Below are positions 42,440-53,595 of a DNA stretch of 64,000 nucleotides, one piece after another (within the stretch, counting starts at the first letter, position 1; each line of letters opens with the position of its first letter). The notes below the pieces were generated by a model. The model was not told the origin of the DNA. It ran no database searches and worked only from the letters and a program-made list of their open reading frames with translations. The position numbers were made by a program, and so were the translations under genes. The stretch covers positions 2,528,001 to 2,592,000 of the forward strand of contig CAXXHB010000003.1 of the NCBI GenBank assembly GCA_963664815.2, written 5' to 3'. This stretch comes from Spirochaetota bacterium. GTDB lineage: Bacteria; Spirochaetota; UBA4802; UBA5550.

Positions 42440-42770
42440 TTCTTTAACCACACCGCTCCCCGAGTGTTTCCAGTAAAACTGGAAATGTATCGAGGGGATC
42501 ACTACTGGAAAACTGTTTTCTTAAAATATATTAATAATATCATTCGTCTGAACACGATTACAGGATTAAAGGATTACAGGATTTTGGTTCATGTGCTCTT
42601 TGTTGAGCTCTTTGATGCTGTCCGTAATGTAATATTATCGATATGCCAAGGTCAACTCATGGACAGCTTCTCCCGGTATCTTAAACCACACCGTTCCCCG
42701 AGTGTTTCCAGTGAAACTGGAAATGTATCGAGGGGATCACTACTGGAAAACTTTTTTCTTAAAACTTATT
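42440..42770. repeat. two ~90-bp REP-like direct repeats
   Basis: cacaccg.tccccgagtgtttccagt.aaactggaaatgtatcgaggggatcactactggaaaac at about 42449 and 42687. Confidence 0.8.
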
Positions 42771-43038
42771 AATATTATCAATATACCCGTGTCAGCTCCG
42801 GAACCACCTTTTCCGGTTTCTTTAGCCACACCACTCTCCTGGTTTTTTAAGTGAAACCGTAAATGCTTTATCCTCCCCTCGCCATATGGTGAGGGTCCGG
42901 GGTGAGGTCTGCATCGTGCATCAACTGGTTCAGATTCAAATTCACTGCAGATTTATGACAAAATCCCGACTCTGTTTACAGAGTATTGAGTTTCGCTTAC
43001 ATTTCGTCTCAATTACGCCTCAAACACGTTACATACAG

Positions 43039-43578
43039 CTATAAACGCGCGTTTTTCTCTGTCGGTAACGGAGTTGAAACGGTATTGAAACGATTTTCAG
43101 CAGGGTCTACATACTGCTTAAATCCCGTTTTAATAGCTGTACCTCTGTCTTTTACTGCATTAATATTATTCTGCCCATCTGCTGATTTTCTGTTTTCTGA
43201 ATGATAACAGGTATATTCTGTAACTCTACTGGAAGAAGATACAACAACGGCATCCCCTGTTCCTCCGCTTCCCGATGGTGTTACAGGTGAACCTGGTGCA
43301 ATGCCGCGAAGGTATTCAGACATAAAAAGGTTGTACCCCGACTTTTTCTTCCTCTTTGCCCTGTTTCTGTAGAGAGCCTTCTCCTCCTCCGGAAGCACCT
43401 GCCAGGCCTTAACACCGCCGCCGAAATTACCCCTGCACTTCACCTGCGGTTCAGTTCGCGGATTAGCCGGGATTGTCCGTGCTTTAATGTAGATTTTACC
43501 ATAGCGCCTGTAAAACACAAGACCATCCAGACCTCCATGCGCAGTTCTTAAATAGGGATGAAGCTTAACTTTTGCCAT
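43039..43578 (-). CDS. basic putative nucleic-acid-binding protein
   Basis: G.LDGLVFY....K.Y, PANPRT..Q, W..L.EEEK..Y...A, SGYNLFMSEY. Confidence 0.6.
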   Translation of the reverse strand: MAKVKLHPYLRTAHGGLDGLVFYRRYGKIYIKARTIPANPRTEPQVKCRGNFGGGVKAWQVLPEEEKALYRNRAKRKKKSGYNLFMSEYLRGIAPGSPVTPSGSGGTGDAVVVSSSSRVTEYTCYHSENRKSADGQNNINAVKDRGTAIKTGFKQYVDPAENRFNTVSTPLPTEKNARL

Positions 43579-43865
43579 GAATTTACACTCCTTTATTGCT
43601 GTTATATCTTATCATTATTTATATAGAAACTTATGTCTCTAATAACCAGTGCGGAAAAACAAATGACATGGCGCAAGCAGAATTTTTAAAAAATTTTATA
43701 TGTTAAAATATGTTTTGTTTTGCCCCCTTCGGGGGTAGCATGTTGAATAATAAAAATTCAAAACAGGAAGTATGAATTTTCTATAAATTTTTATTATACT
43801 TTCTAATTATTCAAATATTTTACTTCGACTTCATATACATCGCATAAACCATCCACGACATCTTC

Positions 43866-45392
43866 TCACGCTACTGCAGATTGAATTCCAACCCATCCTA
43901 TATCCGCTACTGCCTTCTGAAGTTTTTTCAGGTTATATGTAATGCCGGCCAGAATCGATATAGTATTACATTTCTTTCGTCCCCGCCAATTCAAACGGCT
44001 CAGACCATTGTTGAATTTCAAGTCAAAGAAATTGTGTTCTTTTCCAATACGCCTGTTATATTTATACTTCCATTCTTCGCTTTGCATTCGATCTCTATAT
44101 TTGAACCAGAGTTCTTTGTTATCAACATAGGTTTTTGATACCGTAAAGACTCTGCTCTTATTTCTATCCTTATCTTTCCAGCATGATGAATAATGCTCAC
44201 ATCCTACACAAAAATTACGGCTCAATGTGAATTTGTACTTATTGTCAGATTTTTCTAATCTCCCCTTTTTCTTACGTTTACCTTTGCAGAAAAAATATAC
44301 TCCATCTTCTTCTTGTTGTACATGATGTTCTCCCTTTATAAACCAGCTCTCTGTAAAATGTAATGGGGGTGCTATATATAAATCTTTACCTTCCTGAATT
44401 AATTCACTCATCTGTGTAATGTTGAAATAACCTTTGTCTAATAAATACTCACTTTCACATTTAACTGCATTGCTTTCTTTAGCAACTTCTACTTTTTCTA
44501 CCATATCTGAAAGCAGGCTTATATCGCTTTCTTTAGATGTGGCCTCTATTGAAAGAAGTATGTCGTTGCTGCAAAATGCCGCCTGCACGTTATATCCCTG
44601 AATATAGCTTTCATCCTTTTTAAGAAGCTTACTCTCACTATCGGTTAAGTTCACTTTTGTTTCAGGTGTGATTCTTTCCTCTTTGACCTCATCCTCATAT
44701 GACTTTATTTTCATCATGATCTGGTCATATTTATTTTTCTGCTTTTCTATCAGATCTTTCTCTTTATTTAATTCTTCTTCGCTTATTTCGTCCTTATCTT
44801 TTAACTCTGATATGTATTTTGCTCTCGCTAAAAGTTTCGCGGATAGGTTCTCATAATGTTTTAGCTTCTTATCGAAACCTTCCTTGTCTCGTGTAAATTC
44901 TTTACTGGCATTACTGCTTATCTTTGTACCGTCTATCATTATTCTGCGCCAGTCTATCAGATTTAATTCTTCAAGTATATATAATAAACGGGCAAAGATA
45001 ACTGGAATCTGATCTGGAAAATCGTTAAGAAAACGGCAAAGTGTCGAATAATCTATTGATCTGCCGCCGCTTAAAAATAAAAATCCGGGATGATTGCGAT
45101 TAAGCATTCTCTCGATCTTTCTCATCGACTCTATCCCCTGGCTTAATCCATATAAAATTACTTTCAATTTTGCCGAGGGCTCTATCGCCTTTTGCCCTAC
45201 CGTATCATTCTTATATTTTTTATCAAATGGTTTTGTATCAACATATTCATCTATGAATCTATCAATTACCTTCTCTATTGAATTATCATCAAATATTTCT
45301 TCCGGATATATTGTTAAAAAATATCCTTGCCCCCTCTCTATAGGTTTATACTTTGCCATGTATAATCTCCATACCTTTGATATTTTCATCAT
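43866..45392 (-). mobile_element. IS1182-family transposase
   Basis: DUF772-like N-terminus, IDGTKI..NAS, NLTDSES, GYNVQAA, LLDKGY. Confidence 0.88.
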
Positions 45393-45446
45393 GGTTTATA
45401 ATTTCCTGCCTGTCAATTAATACTTTGATTAATCAACAGGCAAGGG

Positions 45447-45710
45447 GTGCGGGGGCCGAGCCACGTCGAAGTGTGCGGGGTCTGATGAGTCCAGGTTGCT
45501 GAAAGTATACTTATACAAACAGCTCTTCTTTGCCCCTTCCGGGCGCCCGAGCGTAGCGACAAAGTACCCTTGGGGTAGGTGCGGGGTCAGAGAAGTCTAG
45601 GTTGCTGGAGGTATACTATACAAACAGCTCTGCCTTGCCCCTTCCGGGCGCCCGAGCGTAGCGACAAAGTACCCCCCCCCGGGGTAGGTGCGGGGGCTTA
45701 GCTGCGTCGG
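45447..45710. repeat. tandem ~106-bp GC-rich REP-like repeats
   Basis: two copies of atacaaacagctct..ttgccccttccgggcgcccgagcgtagcgacaaagtaccc. Confidence 0.8.
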
Positions 45711-45969
45711 ATTCAGGGGGTTGGCCGTCAGGCCGGGGGAGTTAATACCCCCCTATCCGCCCGATGGGCACCTTTCCCCATTAATGGGGCAAGGACTGTA
45801 AGAAATGTTTTCTGTTATTTCTCCACCCATTTATGGGGGGAGATGACCGGCGGCCAGAGGGGGCGGTGCGGTGATTCCCGGTACTGTTTTTTCTTGACTT
45901 TATTTTATATCATAAAATCATAAGAATCTTCAGTTTTAATCTGAAGCAAATTCATGGCAGGCTGTATAA

Positions 45970-47256
45970 ATGACACTACAGAAAAACTCCGCAGAAACCA
46001 TAGACGACTCATTTGTCCGTAACACTATCGGTATATCTTCCGTTGAATTTTTCTGGGGCCTTGGTCTCCCTGTTATTTTTGAATCGGCCTTCCTGCAGAT
46101 TTTTCTGAAGCAGATCGGTGCATCCAACAAAACAGTCGGGTTAATACCCTCCATCCTTACAATGGGTGTAATGCTTTTCTCTCTCATCTCCGCATGGTTT
46201 ACATCGCACCTTGTCCATAAAAAACGGGCTGTGGTTCTGTCACATCTGTCAGCCGGAATCCCATTCCTTTTATTCGGAACATTTCTCCCCTATATTGATG
46301 AATCATGCCGTGTCATAATATTCCTTGCCTGTTACACAATATTTGCTCTGGCTCTCGGGCTTATAATGCCCTTATGGCAGAATTTTACAGTGAAAATTTT
46401 CCCGCCAGACAAAACCCTGAAGGCAAGTTCAATAATGATCACTACACAGGTAACTGCAAAGCTCCTGGGAAGCATACTTATTTTCAAAAGCGTGGAGCAG
46501 TATTCGTTTTCAATCAAAAGCGCATCACTTATATTTATCTCTGTAGGGCTTCTCTTTTTTACAGGTTCCTTCTTCTTTCTTATTGTTCATGAACAGCCGG
46601 GGAACAGCCTGCATACAAGATCCGGGCCTCATAACCTGAAATCATTCGCAGCTTCGGCAAAACATATATTTCGAAACAGAAATTATTTAAAATATCTTGC
46701 GGGCACAACAGAAGCCCATTCCACAATCGCGGTTTTATCTTTTTATGCCAACTATGCTGTGGAATTTAAAGGTATTGAAAAAAGCATCGCAGCAGGAATC
46801 TTTGTGGCATGCATTTACTCCTCAGGCGTGCTGACCAATATTCTGCTTGGATGGTTAAATCTTTTTTCTCTTAAAGCAAAATTTATTATAGCAAGAATCT
46901 CTGCAGTTACCGGGACTGTTATACTTATACTGGCAAATACTCTTCCGCTTTTTCTTCTGGTCAGTCTGCTGTTCGGTTTTTCAAGAGGGGTCAACCAGTC
47001 TGCGCATGCACCCGCAGTTAAACTCCTTTCCGGCCTTGATGACGCGACAGATTACTTCGCCATTTCGCCGGTTATTATTTTTCCTGTTTCTTTCAGCATA
47101 CCATTTATATCCGGTATTATTATTGATATGCTTTCCGGCTATGGTGCCGCCTCATATATAACTGTATTTATAATTCTTGCATCTTTGCAGGTTACCGGAC
47201 TTATCTTTACCATATATACAGACTTTAATCCGGGGTTAAAAAATGTTAAAGCTTGA
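45970..47256 (+). CDS. MFS transporter
   Basis: 428 aa with about 12 TM segments. Confidence 0.8.
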   Translation: MTLQKNSAETIDDSFVRNTIGISSVEFFWGLGLPVIFESAFLQIFLKQIGASNKTVGLIPSILTMGVMLFSLISAWFTSHLVHKKRAVVLSHLSAGIPFLLFGTFLPYIDESCRVIIFLACYTIFALALGLIMPLWQNFTVKIFPPDKTLKASSIMITTQVTAKLLGSILIFKSVEQYSFSIKSASLIFISVGLLFFTGSFFFLIVHEQPGNSLHTRSGPHNLKSFAASAKHIFRNRNYLKYLAGTTEAHSTIAVLSFYANYAVEFKGIEKSIAAGIFVACIYSSGVLTNILLGWLNLFSLKAKFIIARISAVTGTVILILANTLPLFLLVSLLFGFSRGVNQSAHAPAVKLLSGLDDATDYFAISPVIIFPVSFSIPFISGIIIDMLSGYGAASYITVFIILASLQVTGLIFTIYTDFNPGLKNVKA

Positions 47257-47617
47257 AGATCTGAGAGAATACTGCATGTCTAAGCAGAATGTTGAAGAGG
47301 ATTTCCCCTTTAATTCCGGCACTCTGACATTTAAAGTCTTCGGGAAAATATTTGCCCTTACCAATATTGACTCCGCAGAGTTCAGTGTAAATTTAAAATG
47401 CCGGCCGGAACATGCGCTGCAGCTTCGTTCAATGTATAAGCAGGTTACACCCGGTTACCATATGAATAAAAAACACTGGAATACCATTCTGATAGACGGG
47501 GCAATCCCCGACAGCGAAATCTGTCTTATGATTGATGAATCATATGAGCTTGTGCTTTCAGGGGTAAGCAGAATATTAAGAGACTCATTACATGGCAATA
47601 CAAATAATAATAAATGA
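47243..47617 (+). CDS. MmcQ/YjbR family DNA-binding protein
   Basis: FKVFGKIFAL, NLKC.P, PGYHMNKKHWN. Confidence 0.92.
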   Translation: MLKLEDLREYCMSKQNVEEDFPFNSGTLTFKVFGKIFALTNIDSAEFSVNLKCRPEHALQLRSMYKQVTPGYHMNKKHWNTILIDGAIPDSEICLMIDESYELVLSGVSRILRDSLHGNTNNNK

Positions 47618-47633
47618 CACTGCAGACAGGCAT

Positions 47634-49379
47634 TTACCTCTCCATAACCCTTCTCACCACGGAAAGGAGATCCTCCAGAGAAAACGGTTTGGCTATAAAT
47701 GCATCAAACCCGTAATTCTTATAGTCTGATAAAACGGGATCATTACTGTATCCCGATATAACAATTGCCCTGAACGGCACACCCTGCTCTCTCATTATCC
47801 TCACAGCCTCCATCCCCCCCATTCCTCCGGGAATTGTCAAATCCGCTATTATCAGATCGACAGGTTTCCCTTCGGCCTCCATCTTTTCAAAAAGATCAAT
47901 TGCTTCACTACCCTCTGTGACAGTATAAATTTTTGCTCCTTCATCTTTCAGCAGTTCCTTCATTATATATCGTAACTGAGGTTCATCATCCATAATTAAA
48001 ACTGACAGATTTCTCAGATTTATAAAGTCATCCGGCGGGGCAATATTTTCGTTTTCTGATTCCGTTTCGCCGTATGATGGCAGATAAAGTATAAATTCCG
48101 AACCATGCCCGATCTCCGATCTTACATCTATACCGCCTCCATGCGTTTTAATGATTGTATGGCATATTGTAAGCCCAAGACCATTACCTCCGTTTTTTGT
48201 AGTAAAGTAGGGATCGAAAATCCTCTTAATGTTTTTGCTCTCTATACCATCCCCTTCATCCTTTATGCTTACAGCTACATAGTCACCTTCCGGAATGAAC
48301 ATTTCATTATTTTCATCCAGGCTGACATTCCGGATAGAAATTGTAATTACACCCCCCGACGGCATCGCCTGGGACGCATTGAGAATTATATTCTGTATAA
48401 CCTGACCAACCTGTCCCCTGTCTATATCCACCTTTGAAATATTATCTTCTGTTTTATATTCAAGCGCTGTTTTTGAACCGCTCATAATGAACTCCGCCGA
48501 TTCCTTTACGACTTCAGCTATATCCGTTATCTGTTTGACAGGCGTGCCGCCTTTGGAAAAAGCCAGCAGCTGTTCAGTCAGCTTTCTCGCCCTCATCCCC
48601 TCCTTTTCAGCTTTTTCAAGAAGAGTAAAAACCTTTTCTTTATTATTTATTTTTTTCCTGGCTAGTGATATATATCCGACTATGGCAGAAAGAATATTAT
48701 TAAAATCATGCGCTATACCCCCGGCAAAAATTCCGAGTGACTCCAGCTTGTGTGATCTTATTGTTTCATCATCTCTCTTTTTCCTGGCGGAAATATTCCT
48801 TATGATAATCAGTATTTTACCTTTGCCGAATTTTATTATTCGCGATTCATAAAACTGCTTCTCCCCCCCCTGATCAAGATCATATTCATAGGACTGCATT
48901 AAACCTGATTTGTTTAAAAGTTCAATTTTTCTTATTGTAAGTTCGGCCACATCAGCCGGAAGAACCTGGGTAATATTTTTCCCTATGAATTCAGATGGAC
49001 TGGCGTATAGTTCGCTTTCATTTTCGTATTTGTAGTCAACAAAGTTATAGCCGGAATCAAGAATAAAAAGCATATCAGGATTTGCATTTATCAGCTCACG
49101 GTTATTTTCTTCCGACTGTGCAAGTTTATCATTGGCAATTTTCAGTTTATTGGAATTCTTCTTTAGTTTTACTGACAGGTAAATTATTATTGAAATCATG
49201 GTTACTGCAGAAAGGAATATGAAGGTTAATACAGGTATTAAGTATCTCTCATTTTGAATAATTACCGGTAAGCCGCCGGGGTAAGCATATAATGGAGAAC
49301 AGAATATTGCATTACATAAAATTATCAAAACAACAACACTGTCTGCCCTGGCCTGATCTGTTATTTTAAATACCCGCAT
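47634..49379 (-). CDS. hybrid PAS histidine kinase / response regulator
   Basis: GIAHDFNNIL, G boxes (FDPYFTTK..GNGLGL), C-terminal REC domain. Confidence 0.93.
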   Translation of the reverse strand: MRVFKITDQARADSVVVLIILCNAIFCSPLYAYPGGLPVIIQNERYLIPVLTFIFLSAVTMISIIIYLSVKLKKNSNKLKIANDKLAQSEENNRELINANPDMLFILDSGYNFVDYKYENESELYASPSEFIGKNITQVLPADVAELTIRKIELLNKSGLMQSYEYDLDQGGEKQFYESRIIKFGKGKILIIIRNISARKKRDDETIRSHKLESLGIFAGGIAHDFNNILSAIVGYISLARKKINNKEKVFTLLEKAEKEGMRARKLTEQLLAFSKGGTPVKQITDIAEVVKESAEFIMSGSKTALEYKTEDNISKVDIDRGQVGQVIQNIILNASQAMPSGGVITISIRNVSLDENNEMFIPEGDYVAVSIKDEGDGIESKNIKRIFDPYFTTKNGGNGLGLTICHTIIKTHGGGIDVRSEIGHGSEFILYLPSYGETESENENIAPPDDFINLRNLSVLIMDDEPQLRYIMKELLKDEGAKIYTVTEGSEAIDLFEKMEAEGKPVDLIIADLTIPGGMGGMEAVRIMREQGVPFRAIVISGYSNDPVLSDYKNYGFDAFIAKPFSLEDLLSVVRRVMER

Positions 49380-49758
49380 ATTTATGTTTATCTTTATTCA
49401 GAGGATTTATAAATAATATAACTCAATAATAATACAAAGTCAAATCCTTACAGTCTTTATTAACCAGGAACATTACGATGTTTTTAAATTATAGCCTGAT
49501 TCACCATTAATTCCTTAATATATATTTTAGTTAAAATAAACAATTATATCTCTCCGCCCCCTTCTCGATGGAGAATAGAGCATTTTCTGTTATATAAAAT
49601 TCAGGATTTATTAGTGAATCCGTAATTATCTTCATTTAACTGAGTTTACTTAAAAAAATAATAGACTCTATATTTAAAATAATTATTATAAGCTCAGATT
49701 TATTGAACTATTAACAACTGTAGCAATCTGGCCAAATGTAAAATATCGGATATGAGAA

Positions 49759-51024
49759 ATGAAGGAAAAGTATGATGTAATAATAATCGGTTCAGGGCCC
49801 TCCGGGCTCGGGGCGGCTTTTCATATATGTGAAAATTCCGGTAAATCCATCCTCCTCCTGGAGAAATCGAAAATAAGTTCAGGGGGCTTAAGAAATGACT
49901 GTAAACAGAATTACACCTACCCTGTGGGATTTTCAACAGAGCACTGGGGGGAAGATGACGCTGACAAAATGCTTGAGATAGTGGCAGAGCATCTGAAACC
50001 GGACTATGTTCAGCAGAGAAATCTCGGTGTATACGTCAAAAGAGCTGAAAACCTCGGAGTAAAGCTTCTTAATATAAAACAGGCTCATGTAGGCACCGAC
50101 AAAGCGAAGGATCTTATTGCAGGTTTAATTTCACAACTCAGGCAGTCGGGTGTAACCGTTGCTCTTGAAACTGAAATGACCGATATTGATTACGGTGAAA
50201 GAACAATTTTTCTGGGCAACGGAGATGCCGTTCAGTTTAATGATCTTGTCCTGGCTCCCGGCAGGGCCGGTTACTCATGGCTTCAGAAAATTATCAGATC
50301 TCTTGATATTAATTACTCGGATAATATTGTTGATGTCGGCGTGCGTATAGAAGCGAAGGAGGAATATTATCCTATTGTTAAAGATTACTATGATCCGAAG
50401 TTTATCTTTCCGGACAATGTGAGGACCTTCTGCACTAACTCCGGTTCAGCTCATATTGTCAAAGAAAAATATGAAAAGTATTATTCGGTAAACGGCCATG
50501 CCTATTCCACTGATAAAACGCCGAACGGGCTCGTCAACTTTGCCCTTTTGAAAACAATAACCCTTACCGATCCTGTGGTAAGCGGCCACCAGTTCGCCGA
50601 AATACTCGGGCTTATGGCCATGCAGCTTTCGGGTGGTCAGCCGATGATGCAGAGAATCGGAGACTTCAGGCTTGGCAAAAGGTCAAAAAAAGAGACATTC
50701 AATGACGACCTTTACTCCTTCAGACCGACTCTTGTAAACGCAACGCCCGGCGACCTGACACTTGCAGTGCCGTCAAAAATACTGCGCGGCATCTGGAAAT
50801 CAATGAAACTTCTGGATACTATTATTCCCGGAATAATGCACCCGTCTACCATCATGTATTATCCTGAAATAAAAACCTACGCTATAAGACCTGACTTTAC
50901 AGACAGTTATTTCAGCGTTAAAAAAAACATCTACATGATCGGAGACGGCGCCGGGACAAGCAGAGGCATCACCGGCGCCTGGGCTTCAGGAATCAGGGCA
51001 GCCAATGGAATACTCCTCAGCTAA
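49759..51024 (+). CDS. FAD-dependent oxidoreductase
   Basis: IIGSGPSG, RTFCTN, VNGH, IGDGAG.SRGI. Confidence 0.88.
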   Translation: MKEKYDVIIIGSGPSGLGAAFHICENSGKSILLLEKSKISSGGLRNDCKQNYTYPVGFSTEHWGEDDADKMLEIVAEHLKPDYVQQRNLGVYVKRAENLGVKLLNIKQAHVGTDKAKDLIAGLISQLRQSGVTVALETEMTDIDYGERTIFLGNGDAVQFNDLVLAPGRAGYSWLQKIIRSLDINYSDNIVDVGVRIEAKEEYYPIVKDYYDPKFIFPDNVRTFCTNSGSAHIVKEKYEKYYSVNGHAYSTDKTPNGLVNFALLKTITLTDPVVSGHQFAEILGLMAMQLSGGQPMMQRIGDFRLGKRSKKETFNDDLYSFRPTLVNATPGDLTLAVPSKILRGIWKSMKLLDTIIPGIMHPSTIMYYPEIKTYAIRPDFTDSYFSVKKNIYMIGDGAGTSRGITGAWASGIRAANGILLS

Positions 51025-51053
51025 AAAATAAAAAATATATAAAGAGGTTCAAC

Positions 51054-51674
51054 ATGTATCACGAGATCAACCATCCTTTTCTTAAACATAAACTTACCGC
51101 ACTCAGGGATGAGAATACAAAACATAAGGAATTCAGGGAGCTTGCAAATGAAATCACCATGCTTATCTGTTACGAAGCATTAAAAAATATCGAGGTTGAA
51201 GACTGTGAAATCCAGACCCCTATGGGTAAAATGACAGGGAAGCGGATGAAAAACGATATTGTTGTAGTACCCATTCTCCGCGCCGGCGTAGGTATGCTTG
51301 ACGGGATTTTAACGCTGGTGCCCAATGCCCGTGTCGGTTTTGTCGGGATGTACAGGGACCATGATACAAAAAAACCTGTAGAATACTACTGCAAACTCCC
51401 TGAGGATGTAATTAACCCTCTTGTCTTTTTAATTGACCCCATGCTTGCCACAGGTGGTTCGGTTGTTGCCACTGTTGATCTTCTCAAGAGAAGGGGTTTT
51501 AACAACATTGTACTGGTTTCCATTATTTCAGCTCCTGAAGGGATTGAAGCGGTTGAAAAGGCTCATCCTGACGTTCAGATTTTCACCGGTAATATTGATG
51601 AATACCTTGATAACAACAAGTATATAATCCCCGGACTTGGAGATGCGGGGGACAGGCTTTTCGGAACAAAATAA
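51054..51674 (+). CDS. upp: uracil phosphoribosyltransferase
   Basis: VPILRAG, IDPMLATGGS, YIIPGLGDAGDRLFGTK. Confidence 0.97.
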   Translation: MYHEINHPFLKHKLTALRDENTKHKEFRELANEITMLICYEALKNIEVEDCEIQTPMGKMTGKRMKNDIVVVPILRAGVGMLDGILTLVPNARVGFVGMYRDHDTKKPVEYYCKLPEDVINPLVFLIDPMLATGGSVVATVDLLKRRGFNNIVLVSIISAPEGIEAVEKAHPDVQIFTGNIDEYLDNNKYIIPGLGDAGDRLFGTK

Positions 51675-51688
51675 TTTCAGTTTTTTTT

Positions 51689-51710
51689 ACAAGGGGCTGC
51701 AGCCCCTTGT
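51689..51710. terminator. hairpin between convergent genes
   Basis: acaaggggctgcagccccttgt palindrome. Confidence 0.55.
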
Positions 51711-51727
51711 GTTGCCGCATAAGACAA

Positions 51728-51997
51728 TCATTTACTTCTGCTGTCCAGTATTCTGTTTGTTATTGAATCGCCGGATTTAAGGATTTTTGATCCACGTGTT
51801 ATTTTACATAAACTTATACCAAGCTCGGATGATATCGCTCTTTGAGGAGCCCCGTCATGGAGCATCTTCATTAAATCCCACCTGAGGGATAGATCTTTCC
51901 TTTCATTCTCTGTCAGAATCTCCATCAGAAATTTTTCTATATCATCCGGGGTGTCAATTCCGGCAAGTATATTGGTTAACTCTTTAAATGCTGTCAT
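51728..51997 (-). CDS. trpR: Trp repressor / YerC-like protein
   Basis: LT.NER..L..RW...PQR.IS.ELGIS..KITRGS. Confidence 0.8.
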   Translation of the reverse strand: MTAFKELTNILAGIDTPDDIEKFLMEILTENERKDLSLRWDLMKMLHDGAPQRAISSELGISLCKITRGSKILKSGDSITNRILDSRSK

Positions 51998-52063
51998 ATT
52001 TATTCCTGAATTATTAATATATTAATTATAAAATATTGTGTTGATTTAAGTAAAGCAAAAAAC

Positions 52064-53419
52064 TCAGTTCTGAATTTCATATTTTTGAAGATAACCGGCC
52101 ATATCAAACTTCCTCTCTATTCCTCTGTCGTTCATATAGCGTACTTTTCCGAATACCGGGATTTCCCTCCACGGCCTGTCGTGTTTCCCGAGACACCATG
52201 CTATGCCGGAATAACTGTTAGGGTCATTGCCATCCAGTGCATACTTGTTATTGAGATAGATCATATATTCAAAAGCTGTATCCGGCCCCTCAGTCCACTG
52301 AATTATTTTTTTGCCCCAGTACATTCTCATATAATTGTGTATTTTCCCTGTTGTTACAAGTTCATTCTGGGCGGCATTCCAGTATACATCGTGAGTCTTC
52401 GCCTTTTCCAGCTCAGTTCTGGTGTAAAGAAACTCCCTGGGATCAGATTCATGTTTTATAAGCGATTCAAGAGCCCAGGATGGTAAAGATCTGATGCTGT
52501 CATAATCCTTGTTGTAATAGACAAAGTTGAAACTCAGCTCCCTCCTGATAATAAGCTCATCAAGATAAACATCACGTCCGGGTGAACCGGTTGATAAAAT
52601 CCTCTGTGCAATATAGACCGGAGAGATATGCCCGAAGTGAAGGTACGGACTCATATGCGAAGTGAAATCAAGCGACGGATCATTTCTCTTCAAAGGATAC
52701 CCGTCAAGCTTTCTACGTATAAAACTGTTCAGCAGCTTAACAGCATTTGATGTCCCCCCTTTAATCCTTCCGGATGAAGCGGCATGTTTATCAATCCCCA
52801 TCTCTTTTAAAACAGAGGCATGTGAACTCATATCAATCCCCTTTAATTTAAAATCAAGGGATGTTTTGTTTACGCGTACATCACTGACCCTGTTCAGATA
52901 CAGGTTTATCAGTTTCATCATTTTAGGCCTGAAGCCTGCTGCCGAGTATTCCTCTCCGGGTGAGGCCGATCTCACCGGAACAATGATATTTGATTCAACA
53001 GCAACAAGCTTTTTCCTGACGTTCACTGCAAGCCTGAATATCAGCTCCTCCTGCTCTTTAAGATACCCGAAATCAGTTACAACTGCAGCGGCATCTTCAG
53101 CAAGGTTTACAACACCATCAAAAGGATGTATCATCCATACAACCATTTTGATATTTCTTTTTTTAAGTTCCCGTGAGGTTTCCGAAAGACCTTCCAGCAT
53201 AAATAGCAGATTCCGCTGATTTACCTCCGGGTAATTTCCGGTAAAACCGAAAAAAACCAGCAGAGGGAGATCAAGCCTGTTTGCCAGGCCGCATGCATAA
53301 ACAAGAGAATGGTTGTGACTGGCCCTTTGAGATGCATGCATCCAGTAGAGAACATAATTACCTTTGACAGTATCAAAGTCATTTAAAACATGAATTCTCT
53401 GTTTCTCTATAGTATTCAT
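52064..53419 (-). CDS. phrB: class II CPD DNA photolyase
   Basis: VLYWM..SQR..HN, SHMSPYLHFGHIS, HNYMRMYWGKK, DG.DPN, HDRPW. Confidence 0.92.
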   Translation of the reverse strand: MNTIEKQRIHVLNDFDTVKGNYVLYWMHASQRASHNHSLVYACGLANRLDLPLLVFFGFTGNYPEVNQRNLLFMLEGLSETSRELKKRNIKMVVWMIHPFDGVVNLAEDAAAVVTDFGYLKEQEELIFRLAVNVRKKLVAVESNIIVPVRSASPGEEYSAAGFRPKMMKLINLYLNRVSDVRVNKTSLDFKLKGIDMSSHASVLKEMGIDKHAASSGRIKGGTSNAVKLLNSFIRRKLDGYPLKRNDPSLDFTSHMSPYLHFGHISPVYIAQRILSTGSPGRDVYLDELIIRRELSFNFVYYNKDYDSIRSLPSWALESLIKHESDPREFLYTRTELEKAKTHDVYWNAAQNELVTTGKIHNYMRMYWGKKIIQWTEGPDTAFEYMIYLNNKYALDGNDPNSYSGIAWCLGKHDRPWREIPVFGKVRYMNDRGIERKFDMAGYLQKYEIQN

Positions 53420-53595
53420 ATTAACATTATATAAAAAACGGGGGATATTTCAAGAATTATCAATCTTAAAGAAACAACAGATTTCAATCTTTCTGCTGTG
53501 GACGTATAAACATTCTTTCACAGACTCCTGTAATTCAGAGACTATACATGACTGCCGGTCTTATATCTGATAAGCACAACCAGGCAGTCATGCCG

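Noticed and set aside
41600-45900. Integron integrase next to the array start
   Set aside because: No ORF with tyrosine-recombinase R-H-R-H-Y motifs was seen.
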